A stretch of DNA of 64,000 nt from Octopus vulgaris (Eukaryota): NCBI GenBank assembly GCA_951406725.2, contig OX597817.1, positions 38,502,001 to 38,566,000 on the forward strand, written 5' to 3'. The notes beneath the pieces are model-generated. The model was not told the DNA's origin. It made no database searches and saw only the letters and a list, made by a program, of their open reading frames with translations. Positions 25,343 to 39,800 of the stretch are shown here, piece by piece. Position numbers and translations under genes: made by a program. Every line of letters begins with the position of its first letter. Within the stretch, counting starts at the first letter, position 1.

Positions 25343-25904
25343 TACACACACATATACACGTATACGCGCGCGTGTGTGAAGATGTAAGTGCATAGCCTTG
25401 GGTTTACTTACACTTTACATACACGCATAAAAATCAACTGGTTAAAAGTATTGAATTTGAATATATGTGTATTAATGGGTTTGTGTATGTTTGTGTGCAT
25501 TCCCGTGAATGCGCAGGAATAGGTCACTTACAATAAGAACCTCAAAGTGAGAAGTCTGTGTCAGTACATTTTATCCGTGATCATCGTGACTCCCTGAAGG
25601 GTCCCAGTCGTAACAATATATATTTTGTCGACTTCACGGTTGTGTGTGTGTGTGTGTGTGTGCGTACGCGCGCATGCGCCAAGTTTTGGGAATCAACTAT
25701 TTCAGGAGAGAAAAAAAAAACAACGGTATGGTTGAACATGTTTCAAGTATAGTCAGGGCCCGCTTGAGGTTGCCGGCAGCTGGGACACGTGCTTGGATGG
25801 TGTCACGTCACCTTTAAAATCTTCTATATACAAGCGGGGTGGAGGAAATAAATAAAATATTTTCATTTCACATTTAAAGGTTTTGGATATATGGAATCGT
25901 TACA

Positions 25905-26095
25905 GTGTCGGGAAAATGCTTTACGGTCTTTGTTTCGGCTATCTTCGTTCAGAGATCAAATCCCGCTGCGTCAGTCTTCCCTTTCATCCCTTCGATGTCA
26001 ATGAAAATAAAGTACCAGTCAAGAATTGGCGTCGATGGTATCGACTAACCACTTTCCTCCAAAATTACTGGTCTTGTGCCTTGATTAGAAACCAT
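25905..26095 (+). mobile_element. SINE family A, diverged
   Basis: AAATGCTTTACGG...CCTTTCATCCCTTCG...AAAGTACCAG...GGTCTTGTGCC. Confidence 0.7.
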
Positions 26096-27190
26096 TCTTA
26101 TATTCGTTATACTGCTTGTAATAAGCACTTTTAATTTTACATTTGTTGTTTTTACTCCTTATCAAAATAAAATTTTGTAATCATATATATATAATGTTGT
26201 CGAAATTCTAGCGGGAATATAGGACTAGAGGCCTGGTCCGATCGGTTACATAGTCCTCCACTAAGGGCATTCAAGGTCCAGATGGTGGTGTTCAACAGGA
26301 CGAAAGATTGTCTGATATACAAAGGGCCCGAACACGGTCGCCATAACCTTTCAAACCTATCAAACGTATTCCAAACCATGACCACCCTACTTTGTTTTTG
26401 GACATATTGTTAAATGTCTTCTTTTTCAAATCATTGTAGTGTAATATGAAGAAGATTTTGGCTGCTATTTTGAGCAAGCATGTAGAGAGACGCTCGTTGG
26501 CCCGAACTGTCTTTGATCATTGCATAAGGTAATTTGACCGAATCGTACAAGTGCGTGGGATAAATATAACACGCGCACGCGCACACACACACACACACAC
26601 ACACAGAGTTCTTGTTTAGTTACCAATGCATAGTAACTTTGTTTAGTGTCCAGGACAGGTTAAACCTATGACCACAGTAATTACTTGAAGTTTTGGATCC
26701 TCCCACTACTCGAAACCGCACCACGTTTTGTCGATATCTACCATCTCTCTCTCTCTCTGTATATGTGAATGTGCGTCTAAGTGTGCCAGTTCGTATGTCC
26801 GTGTAAATGTGTTTTGTATATATATATGGACAGATAGATAGATACAGTGGTTTGTAAGAGGAGGTCATGTGTGTTTCTCTCTTTCGCCCTTCTCTTTCTC
26901 TCTCTCTCTCTCTCTCTCACTCACTCACTCACTCACTCATTCCACAAACATACACATACGCATTTAGATATGAAACCGGTTAGATGTGAATACAAACACT
27001 TATTTCCAACAATCTGTGTTTTCTATCCAAACGAACATCAAGCATGCGCACACGCGTGCGGTCTCACAAATACACCCACACTCATATATACATACATACA
27101 TACGTACATACATACATTCATACATACATACATACATACATACATACATACATACATACATACATACATACATACATACATACATACATT

Positions 27191-27221
<31 letters not shown>

Positions 27222-27344
27222 GCATACATACAACACATATCTATATATTTGTTTGTGTATATATGTGTGTGTGTATAGATATAGAGATGCACACACGTGT
27301 GTATATGTAATATCTATATGTATCTTGTATATTTTACTTATTTC

Positions 27345-27731
27345 CGTCATTTAATTCGGTCGCACTGGGGCACCGCTTTGCATGGTTTTAGCCGAACAAA
27401 TCGACCCCAGGACTTTCATAAGCTTAGTACGTATTCTATCGGTTTCTGATGCCAAACCGCTAAGTTATAGGGATGTAAACACACCAACACCGGTTGTCAA
27501 GCGGTGGTGGAAGACACACACACACACACCCATCCATCCATCCATCCATCCATACATACATACATACATACATACATACATACATACATACATACATACT
27601 ACGGGCTTCTTTCAGTTTCCGTCTATCGAATCCACTCACAAAAGCCTTGGTCGGCCCGGGGCTATAGTAGATGACACTTGCCAAATGTGCCGCACAGTGG
27701 GACTGAACCTGGAACTATGTGGTTGGGAAGC
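27345..27731 (-). mobile_element. SINE family B
   Basis: Homology to 15403-15783. Confidence 0.85.
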
Positions 27732-28273
27732 ACACACACACACACATACATATAGTCACTTTACCACTGTTCTGCTCTGTTGGTACGCAGTCGTAAAAAA
27801 ATACTGTCGCCAGTTCGATTCATGTGTATATATACGCACACACACACACATACGTACACGCATAAATACACATACATACATATACATATCGACGCTTCTT
27901 CCTCCTTCTCCTTCTCACGCTCCCCCTTCAACCCACTTTCCTCCCCCTCATTCGAAAACAGTTTCCATTACACACAGACATAACTAGAAACGTTCACACA
28001 CACACGCATCTTCCCTGTCGGTTGCCATTCACCTAGTCACTTCTTCATTAATACTCGCACTTCCTCACACCATTCCTCCGACTTCTAATCATTTTCCTGG
28101 CTCTTTCTATTCCTCATTCACTTTTTTAACTGATCTCCCGCCTCTCATATTTGTTCACATTTTTATATATCGTTTTTTATTTTTTCAAACTCTTCTCCTT
28201 TCTCTCAATCATTTTTGTTTCCTCTCTATCACAGCCTCGCTTTCTTATTCTTCCTAATTCTTCTTCCTCTGTA

Positions 28274-28314
<41 letters not shown>

Positions 28315-30248
28315 AACACACACATTCATTCTCTCTCTCTTTCTAACTTTACTTAATTCTAATTTGCTTTACTATTCTCTCTCTCTTTCTTTATTCATTT
28401 ATCTATCTAAATACTTTTCTTGATTTTTCTCACTTCTTTATCTTACTCTCTTTTTAGCTTTCTTAAATTCCTCCTTCTTTCTGCCCTTCACTTCCATTTC
28501 ACGTCATCTCTCTCTCTCTCCCTCTCTCTGTGTTACTGTAGCTCAAATATATTCTGAAAACTGTTTTAAAATCTTCTACTCCAACTCATTTCTGTTGCCT
28601 CGGTCACAACAATTCCCTCCCTTCTCTTTCGCCTTTTCCTTGCTTGGCTAAACGTTGCCTCCCCTTCTTTCCTCCAACCTACTACTTTTTATTTTCCTCT
28701 CTAGCCCTTCCTGTGTCTATCACTCCTGCCTGTAGCATCTACTTTATTTACTCTTTCTCCTCCCCTGTTGCTTTTTATCTTTCTCTCTATCTCTCGCATA
28801 TTCTTATCTCTGTCTTTCTCTCTTTTCTTCATACGTCTATGTATTTGTAAGTGCGTGTATGCATATGTAAGCTCTTTCTCTTTCCTCCTTCTCTCTCTCT
28901 ATCTCACTGTATTCCTTCTCTTTCTCTCACTGTGGCTCACTGTTTACACTCTCTGCCATCTCCTCTCTATCTTGTTCTATCTCTTCCTGCTCCCCTTACA
29001 ATCTGAGTGGCAAGACTGATTTCCTCTCTCATTCAGTTGCCAGACCCTCACTCGGCTTAGTTTGACGTGAGTGGCACACACATTTACAAACCGAACACCA
29101 CGGAAAGAAGACGTCTTCAAGACATCTTGCTGACGACATTACACACACACACACACACACACGCACACACACACACACGCACACACACACACGCACGCAC
29201 GCACACACACAGACGCACACACACATACACACATATATACAACCATACGTACCCCTCTGTGTGTGTTTCTAAAATGTATGAATACTAAGTTTATATAGGA
29301 AAATATCAAAACCGCACCACCGGTTGGAAAAGTTATAACTATTATATACAAATTTATATGTGTGTATATATTTACATACATATTTCAACAAAAACCAAAT
29401 CTTACTTTGAATTCTATAGACACACATAAACACACACACACATACACAAGCACGTACACATAATCACTTGTGAACAAACAAAATATATACACATACATAC
29501 ATATATGCGCGTGTGTATGTGTGTGTGTGTCAGTGTGTGTGTATATGGATATTAAAGTATATATGTAATGGACAGGCGCAGTTGTGGAATGTCATTTGGA
29601 AAAATAAATGGAAAAAAAACTTGTACACCGAAATCTAATGAGTTTTACCATTTTACGTCGAAGATAAGCTTCAAGTGGAACCAGGAAAATTAATTCTTTT
29701 GAGTAAATACAAATTTCGTTTCCAAGGAACTATTTATATTATACAGCTTACACACGAAGACACACATACACTAAGTTTATACACACATCTACACACACAC
29801 ATATATATATACATACACACACACAAACACATACCACATATACACATTTCGAATTACATTCTCATCACTGACATACACACACACGCACAAACAAACTATA
29901 TTTGTATGACACAACTAATAATACATTCATTACACAATAAACAACACACACGCACACACATATACATATACACGCGCAGAAACAAACATACTGATATATA
30001 CATGTACATCATACATTCATATACAAGTGTGTCGAGTGTTTAAAAATGAGAAAAAAGAAAAAAAGCTGGAATATACACGCGTGAAAATGGAGTTAAATTT
30101 ACACAGGATTTGGAGGAAGTAGCCACATTACCACATATATACCATCCTGCAATTTCATAAAGGTGGATGAATGTCTAAAAAAAAGTAATTAATAATAATA
30201 ATAATAATAAGGATAACCTTATATTTTGTATTTTACATACCTGTACGC

Positions 30249-30286
<38 letters not shown>

Positions 30287-30384
30287 GTGTATATACATGT
30301 ATAATATGTATATATTTAAATGGGAAATAATCACTACAATTAAAGTAAATAAGTATATATATATTATTTTGTAATTATATATAC

Positions 30385-30418
<34 letters not shown>

Positions 30419-32968
30419 CCTCACAAACACATCCACACAAGTATAAAAACATACATACATACAAATACAACTCCAACAAAACAAAAAACAGACGGAATAC
30501 TTTTGTACCTTAGGAAGTGCCAGTGGACAACATTAACCAAAATGTTGATATCTTTTATTGTGAGGTGAAGATGAGTGATATAGATAGAAAGTAAGTAAAA
30601 CTATTCTTTCTTGTTTCTTTTTCATTAAGTACATGTGTTTATCATTAACTCGGTGTTTGAAGTCATGTGTTAGTGTGCGTGTAGGCATATATGTGATTGT
30701 AAGATGTGTGTGATTGGAAGAACGAGAGAGGTGGGGGAGAAAAAAAAGAAAAGACACTAGTCAGATGTGTGTGGAATTATATAGAAAAAAATTTTGTTTT
30801 GTGCGTTTTTCTCTGATTGAGAGAAGTATAGAGTAGAAAAAGAAAAGTATGAGTGAAAGAAGAAAAAGGAAACGAATAAGATAAAAAGTGTATGTACACA
30901 CACACACATACATAAAGTGTGCGTGTGTGAGAAAAAAGCCAGAAGAAGAACGGAAATGGTGTATATATATACATATATATATATGGGTGTGTACATGTGT
31001 GTGTGTGTGTTAGTGTGGAGAACGAGAGAAAAAGACAGAATGAAATAAATAAAAGCGGAAAATTTATAAGAAAATGTGTTTGTGTGTGTGAAAGTTGGAT
31101 TGTGAATCGAAATAATGTCTGTGTATGAGAGTAGATGCATATGTATAAGGGAGAGAGAAGAAATTAAGGAGAAAAGGAAGGTGGGAGCAAAAGACGGACG
31201 AATTTGATCGTCGACTAGAATATTTCTATGAATCAAATCCATTTCTGTTAGAAACTTGTTAAATATCCATTCAATTGCTCTCGGTCCCATTGTTGCGCGC
31301 TCTCAAACATTTGAACGACGGCGACGTTACCCGAAACATGTAGATAATAACTTATATACAGGAGACATACAAATAGACGTATACACGTCGTCACACAAAC
31401 ACACACACGCACATATACATACAGATAAAACGGTCACACACACATTAATTTCACACTTTTTCTAATACTAGCAATCGTTTACAGAATTTACTCTCATACA
31501 TTCACATTTAGTACGTGTGTCTGGAAGACAGGAAACGTGATCTGGTGATTACCAAAATGATGGGATATATATATAGTGTGCGGGTGCAACTATATGTGTT
31601 TATACACTCATACATATATATACACACACATACATCCACACAACACTGATGTGTGTGTGTGTGTGTGTGTATGCAAATATATATGTACACACAAACTGGC
31701 ATATCTGAAAACGTTCGTTCGAGACTTGTGACCCTTCAAAACCGGTTCTTTTTTTATTGTTCATATGTGGTATGTCCATCAAGTTGCCTACTCAGTTTAT
31801 TTTCTCTTTTAAGCTGCTCTTCGTTAACACACATTTGTTCTATTTCATACATATAATATACTGTCTCTTTCTCTCTCTCTCTCTCAGCATCCACCAATCC
31901 AATTGTCTTTCATCCATCTATCTCTTTCACTATCTAACTATCTCGCTATCCATCCATCCAGCTGTCTGTACGCCCACATACGTGTCCATCGACACACACA
32001 CACACACTCTCTCTCAAACTCTATTTAACGTTCATTCTCTCTCTCTCTCTCTCTCTTTCTATCTATCTATCTATTTATCTATCTATCTATCTCGCACTAC
32101 TCCATTCAACCAGTTATCCACTCACCCTACTCCCTATTTATCAGTCTCCCCCACTGTTCACCTAAACCTACCCACAGCCCCACCCACTCAAAAACCAATC
32201 TGTTATGGCACCATTTAAACCTATGTAATCAATGTCTTTGGTCTATATGATATATGAGCAGGGTGAATGTCTTAGCAATTTCCACGGACATTATGTGTGA
32301 GTTTGTGTGTGTGTGTGTTTTACCTCCCATTTTAATTATTTTTTTCAGTAACTTCTAACAGTTGTTGCTGCTGTCATCGTTTATAATTATTTTCCTAATT
32401 GTAAAGCTTACCGACAACTATTTCTTTCTCTCTCTCCCCCTCTCTCTCTCTCTCTTAATGTTTGTGTGTGTGTAAAGACGCTTTTCAAATTCTACATACT
32501 TTTGTGTGAATTCTGTTTTGTTTCTATCGTGTTATTGAACATGGTCAAGTCCAGACTGGAGCACGGCCCACACGACTGGATAAAAAATTAAACGCAAAAG
32601 TACTAATTAATCTGTATGCGTTGTATAAACTTATTCACATATACCGTATTCATGCATGACTACTAAAAATATACCCATATACATACACACATGTATGTTT
32701 GTATGTATGTAAAATATCTATTTAGAGGGAAGGGGCTCAGCGAAAAGCTTCTAAACTATACAGCTTGATGAATAGTTGGAGAGAGTGGGGTGTGGACGGA
32801 TGGCTGGCTGGCTGGTTGGTCGGGCGGATAAAGAAGTTAGCCTCTAGTTTTGTGTGTATAGCAACACATTTTGTTACAGACGAAACTTAGCTTGAGTGTG
32901 AGAAAACCTAGGTTCAGTTCACACACACTTTCACGCACCAACATAGATACACATACACACACACACAC

Positions 32969-33008
<40 letters not shown>

Positions 33009-33328
33009 GCGTATAATAGAATCTGTGTAAATCTATGAGAGAATGATGTCACCACCATAAGACACGACAATAGCTCAATCAAGCCGGTGCTTAGCTCCGA
33101 ATTCAGTTTTACATTAAAGCCAACGAAGGGCAAATTTTAACGCTCAAAGATGGGAAGTTAGGGAACAAATGACACTATCAGACGATCAGGTGGCATTATC
33201 CACGACGGTAGATGTTTTGAGGGGATGGTTGCCTCAAATCCTAATCAGTTCACACCCACAGTCGATGTGGATGTGTGTCTGCACACGAGTGTAAACGCCC
33301 GTGCACATTCTTCACACTCAAGAAGCTG

Positions 33329-33392
<64 letters not shown>

Positions 33393-33894
33393 ATATAGTC
33401 CGTAAGGCTTAGATCAGTGTGTGTGTGGCACGCACACACATTTATATACGTGTGTGTACTCATATTTTTGTTGCACATAGCTTCAAATACTGAATAGTGA
33501 TAATGAATGATTAGTTTCAAATGTGTGTGTGTGTGTGAGTAGTGAGCTTCCACTGTGAAGAAGAGTATAGAGTTGACAAGATCTTAGACATTCTGAACTA
33601 GTATTTCTTGTTACATTCTTCTTAAACCTCTCTCTTCCTCCCTCTATGTGTGAATCTTTCAGGTCAGCTAAGTGTCACACGAGTAGAACCTGCTTTGGTG
33701 CTTATAGACTCGCCTTTTGTTTTATAGTTGGAATTTTTTTCTGTTTTCATAAATTGCTGAAAGGAGGGTGACGTGTGTGTGGGTTGATGGAGTGGGGGAT
33801 GCTGTCAGCGCTCGCGACCTTTCGAGGTGCATGGTGACATAGATGTATGTGGTAGATGTTCAGTGTGGACATCAGTTTGTATGGAAACTGTGGG

Positions 33895-34075
33895 CAGCCA
33901 AGCTATACGAGAGGTCGTTCGACGTCCTAGAAGTAGAAGCCAAATCTTCCATTTTCTTAAAAATGGAAAAGGATACATTGGATCACGTTGTCATAGAACG
34001 TAGAACACCGTGGGACGGTGGCAGCTTGAATGCCTTTGCTCAGTATGTCCCTGTTCAGGACTGACTTGGAGCTTC
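33895..34075. mobile_element. Dispersed repeat family C (TTTGGCTGCTATTTCTAGC motif), reverse orientation relative to most copies
   Basis: CTAGAAGTAGAAGCCAAATCT...GGATACATTGGAT...GAATGCCTTTG...CAGGACTGACTTGGAGCT matches the reverse complement of the copies at 36530-36760 and 47485-47690. Confidence 0.65.
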
Positions 34076-36028
34076 GCTCCGCCCTGTTTAGGGCACCATC
34101 TGGACCTTGGATGTTCACTCTGTTGCAAGTACTCTAACCAGATTTCCAGCTTAGAAATTTCTGTAGCCTTTCCATGCACCTTTGCCTTCTACGCTTCCCT
34201 TGATGTTCAACAAATATATAAACCATCTCCGCTCTAGTCCATGAAAACTCCGTGTGTGTGTTGTCGCTCTGCTCTAGATATATGAGCTGCGCTTCGATGT
34301 GGGTCACACTTGATCTATGTAGAGGAGGGTCAGCAGCTGATCACAGATCTGGATGCCTACATAGTCTTAGGTACACTGTTCAAGTGTGTGTGTGCAGGGA
34401 GAGAAAGAGTGACTTAAGTCCAACAGAAACTGAGGTCAAGAGTTTGTTAGTCTTCAGTGCTTAAGGCGAGGTTATTTTCCTAGATATACTTTACAATTTT
34501 ATTGTTTGTGTTTTAATATTCATGCATGAGTAGGTATTGTATTGTAACGTGATTTAGTTTGAAACCCTATGTGACAGACGATATTCATGTATTTATGAAA
34601 TAGTCGTCCATAATGGGGTGTATTGCCTGGATAAATTGTAAAGGTTTGTGTGTGTATGTGTGTGTGTGTGTGTGTGTGCGCGCGTGCGTATGTGTATATG
34701 TATGTATTTAATGTATGCGCGTGTTATGTTTTCAGTAACTGTTGCCAGTCGAAAACTGCGCGGTATGTAAATGACGTAGTGTAGCATGATGTGCATACAC
34801 ACACCTTGCATTTAGACAGTCTTCTTATACACAACACAACACACACACACACACATATTCACGCATGTTTGCACGTGAGATATATTGACATGCGTAGACG
34901 TTACACTACCCATGCGAATAATAAAAAAGTAAATAGATTTTCGTCGGTTTCGACGATGAGTATTACAATTGTTCAATCAGCTGAATGCCTACTCGTTGAA
35001 TTAGCGTTAATAGAATATTTCGCAAAACACATGTAAACCTTAATGTAATACTCGCGCAGAATTAGCGAATGTGATATGCTTGAACCTTTGAATTACAAGT
35101 ACGGTTCATAAAGCAGGCTTCTGCACAGTTACCGTCTGCCCCGTTTCACTCGAGGCTTATAATAAAATGCTAGTTAACAATAATTGTCACGCAAATTGAT
35201 GGAAACAGGAACCTCGTGATTTTGATGCGAACTTCTTAACCACTTGGCCATGCCTGCATACCATGCTCTTACGAATGTATACACACGCATATGCACGCGC
35301 GCGCACAAACAGACTCAGCGTGCCGTTGACTGAGTCTTCATACTCATTAGATCCCTTACAAAATTCTATCTCATCACACGATCTATCTATCTATCTATTT
35401 GTGTACGTTAGATACTCGCGCACACAACCGTTTGTTCTTTACTGGTTTCGGTCATTAGACTTTTGCTATATTGAAACATCACTTCCACATACGCTCTTGC
35501 GCACGCACACACAAATGTCACAAGGAACAATTTAGTGCTCAACGACTAATTAGAAATCAGCTGAGGCTACAACCAATGTCTTGAAATAAATTTAAACAGA
35601 AAGGGTGAATCTCAAATAAACCCATATGAAGAAAATATGCATGCCTTATATGCTATATGTAATAAACACACATTTCAAGTTAAAATTATCCGTGAAATGA
35701 AAAGCGACATCGCAGAAATGAGAGAAAATTCGGTACGCAAGACATGTGATTTTGTGCGTTAATTTTGTTCACACTTGGCATTCCGCTGAAAATTGTTAGC
35801 ATGATGCCGAGATTTCGAGACTTCGGTTTTTACCCCGCTTTTTTTTTTTTTTTTTTACTTTATGACTTTTTTTCGAATTTCTTTGCATGTATACATACAT
35901 ACATACATACATAGGTGCATGCGTGCGTACGTACGTGTATGTATGTTTCAGATCATGTGTGACTATTTTGAATGTTTGTGCAGTGTGTTTATGTACAGTA
36001 TATAAAATTTACACGCTGTCATTTTTCT

Positions 36029-36075
<47 letters not shown>

Positions 36076-36529
36076 CTGAGATATCTCGCTAATGTTTCTC
36101 AGAATTTCGTGTTAGCAGATAGTCATGAGTTGGCGTGATTGGAAGGCGATTGACGCGAGTAATATAGCAACAGTGCCATATCTTGGATTTTCATACATGT
36201 AGAAATTGTGCTAAATGTATTGAGTACATTGCATTTGTCTCACGTTTATTAACAATATTACACACATACACACACGTATTGAAAATATTTTCTTTCAATA
36301 TGTTTGCTTGTAGGTGTTGTTAACGTAAGGTGAGAACCGTTTTAGTTTGTCTGTACTAGATCATCGCACAAACACACACATACACATTGTGTATCTTAGT
36401 ACGTATGAGTGGCTTCACCCTATATACTTATACATACCCATACACAGGCACACATCCGGTCATAAATGAGGCGAGAATGTGTATATAATACGCATTCTGT
36501 GACGAACACAGAATACTCGACGTCTCAGG

Positions 36530-36760
36530 GTTGTTGTTGTTGTTTAACCCCGAGCAAACCCGTGATAAAAGGCGACTCGTAGTGGATCGATAAAAGGTAT
36601 TTCAGCTGTGATCACATCGTCCTTTTAGATATACTTAGATTACTTAGATACCTAGATTATTCTTTGAATCCCCTATTTTTAGACTAGTTATGATTTGAGG
36701 GAGTTTCTGTTGCTATTCAGAGCAGGTTGGGCAACAATGTAAGGACCTCATCATTTCGGT
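36530..36760. mobile_element. Dispersed repeat family C
   Basis: (GTT)n-TTTAACCCC...CAGCTGTGATCACATCGTCC...GATTTGAGGGAG...TGCTATT. Homologues at ~8040-8260, 26360-26505, 38190-38410, 39760-39930, 45510-45690, 46420-46545, 47485-47690 and 53990-54200. Confidence 0.7.
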
Positions 36761-36799
36761 GATTGCATATATCTTCACTCTCCTTTCTCTATCTCTCTT

Positions 36800-36830
<31 letters not shown>

Positions 36831-39800
36831 CACATACACATACGCACATACCCGCGCACGCGTATGCGTGCATGTGTTTATGTAGGTGCTTTTGAGTCGA
36901 ATAGCTACGAAGTTCGCTTCGCAAGCACAATGTTCAGGTTCGATCCTACTGTAGCATTTTGGCTAAATGTAAATTTCTATAGCCTCTCTGGTCGACACTT
37001 TGTGAGTAAAATTAGGTAGACAGAAACAGCATAGAAGCCCGTTAGGTAGATTGTGCCAGTAATTCAAAAAGAACAATCTTGTTGCACACAGTACCTAGAA
37101 TACACAGCTACTAACGGGTTAATTCAGGAGCAGCTTATTCAGTTGATCGAACAAGGGAATCCTCATCGCTGAACGACGGAGATCTTTCACCACTATTATC
37201 TATATAGTCCTGCTCTGTACTGGTGTTATGTAGAGGTCACCCTAGATATAAATTTTACAGCCATACCAGATTTCAACATATCCTCCATCGCTTCACTTGG
37301 TATCTTAAACTAGCCACATGTAAATAAATTAGCTCAATTCGCTTCGAACCCCTCTTGCTGAAGGTCCCTGAATGTAGGTGCACTGAAGATTATGCTGGGC
37401 TGCATGGGCAACTGCACATACTTTGTGCAACAGAAACACATGTCAGTCATTGTAACCAAATAATTATATTGTACGACCAACTGTAAAATTAAAAAGGAAA
37501 AAAAAACTGATGATGAACCTGTCTCCGTCTGATAATATTCGTGGAGTTACCTCTCAGAAGAATTCTATCCCTATACACTCAACATTTTATATATATATAT
37601 AAAATTAAAAGCTGAAACTTGACAAATCGTTTCTCCGAGCTACTCGTTATTGATCTGCAGGCGATTTGGAGTGTGGCCGGGTGAATTAATCACTCGACCA
37701 TTGTAGCATACCACCCAATCCGCAATTGGCCAACGGAGACTGTTTAGCCAACATGAAAACGTCGAGGCTTCAGCCAACAGTGAAGCGAAAACAGCTCAGT
37801 AGAATGGAATACATCATATGTGCAACTGAGTATGTGTAATAATTTTTACAAGTGTAGTTTGTTTCGCTCTTCAACAGAGTTCATTATGGCATTCGTAGCG
37901 TTGAGGCCTTTATTTTGGTTTGGTGTTTATGCGTCTTGTCCTACTTAAGAAAACTAACTGCGTGCGCGTATGTGTATTTGCTTCGTATGTGTTAATGTAT
38001 GATTGTGATGTTTGAGAAATGTAAGTCGATATGGCTATTCTTTTCTTTCAAACTGTTTCTGCTCCCTTCCTCTTACACTTGGCTCCTTATTCTTTTAGGG
38101 TCCTTTTATGTATTATTATTCTTATTATTATATTTGCTCTGCCTATTCAGTCGACACGAACGAATAGCTTGACTGCTTATTGTTTGCTTTTGTTGTTGTA
38201 GTTGTTGCTTTTGTTCTTTAACTCTAGTTCAGTCGAATGATCAAAAGAAACTCCAGCTACGACATCGTGCCTTTTTTTTTCTTTTTTTTTTTTCAATGCT
38301 GAGACGGTGTACCTTGGGCCAATGTGTTAAACCTGTTCAAAATAGTGGGCTGTGGTTGTAAGAAATTCAGCTCTTATCTCTATCATTTCCAGAGGCTCGC
38401 TACCGTGTTAACTCGTTGATGTTGCTATTACTTTTGTTATATGTCTATTCATCAAGCCACCTCAGTCCATTAATGATTTTCGGGAAAGGTATACGTGCCA
38501 CAACACTATAATCCCACTCCATCGCGGTAAAAAATGTGAATCTTCGAATTTTGGGGATTTTACTCCTTGTATTTTTATTTTTTTACTATTAACATTAAGA
38601 TAGGTTATCACTACCCTTTCCTCATCCACCAACAGAAAAGTGTGCAGACAAAACAGAACAAATGGTGAGTGATTGATTGTCCAAAGACTTGTTTTGTTGT
38701 TCACTGGGTGTTCAGAGCGTTATTATACTTTTTTAATACCGTTATTGTGTTGCCGAAGACTTCGTCTTTGGATTTGTTTGATCCACATTCTTGGCAACAA
38801 CGTCAAGTTAATTCCTTACAAGACATTTTAACTGTTGGATAAGGACAGGAGAGAAGGGAGCGGTAGTTTGTCGATATGTGGAGACAACTTTCCGACTGGA
38901 AGTTGTCAAAACCTTTTAAACCAATTAAGAAAAAGGCATGGAAATAACTAAAATACTAGTTACATTTTTTTTTTTTATATAATTCGATGAAATAATTTCC
39001 AACAAACATTTCTACCAATAACCAGAAATGCTGGAAGGTGTATATATGTATGGTTACTTACAGACAAGGTGTTTTTTTAGTCGTCAGAACAAGAATATTT
39101 ATTCTATAGATTCATATTTACTCTTTGCTGTTTCGTTAAATGTGTGTGTATAACCATAAACTTGGCAATTGACCGAGAGCGTTTCCAGTAATGTGATACG
39201 GGGAGTGATTACTGAGAAAGATCGCGAGCAATAAGGGGTGTGGTAGAAAAAGTTTCGGTACGAAGCATTAATGATGTTGGTTCAGGTGCTAGGTTGGCTG
39301 GCTGGCTGGCTGGTTGGCCGTTGCCCTAGTTAGATTTTTTTTTCATTTCCCTAGTTCGCACACATGCGGATTCTATGTTGAGCAATAAATATATTCTAAT
39401 TTAAGAGACACTACATGCTGGATCAAGATCTGGTTCCTGTTGTTGTGACGTGGTAGTGGTGGTGGTGGTACTCGGAGTAGTTTAGATCAGTCTGTTGCAC
39501 ACATTCCACAGTAGAAAACTTTTGGATGATGGCGAATGCTTTGTCAGTCCAAGGTTTGCTTTTTCCCCGACGAAGAAATTCGCTCGAAACTTCAATTTTT
39601 CTATCATCTCATGACACATTCATTACTGAGGACCTCACTTGTCGACTAAGTTCTTCATCTAATGCAGTTTGTTTTGTGTTCTGGATCGCTGCAATACATC
39701 GTGTAATAAGAGCATTTATTGTTACGCAGTCAGGGAAAAGCAATCATGTATCATATTGTCGTAGTTTTTATTGTTTTCTAATTTCACATCAACCTTGATC

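Noticed and set aside
25758-25840. CCCGCTTG/CAAGCGGG inverted repeat with twister-like words
   Set aside because: Only 8 bp, and no twister architecture or TSD could be assigned.
26220-26345. Possible hammerhead (GGACGAAA, GCCCGAA)
   Set aside because: No CUGANGA core or stem I.
30757-31290. 177-aa minus-strand ORF starting MGPRAIEWIF
   Set aside because: Mostly low-complexity CT/CA-derived sequence with no domain or splice support.
37508-37620. CTGATGA followed distantly by GAAAC
   Set aside because: No stems I-III can be formed.
38748-38799. Imperfect hairpin TGTTGCCGAAGA...TCTTGGCAACA (miRNA-like?)
   Set aside because: The stem is too short and interrupted, at a level expected by chance.
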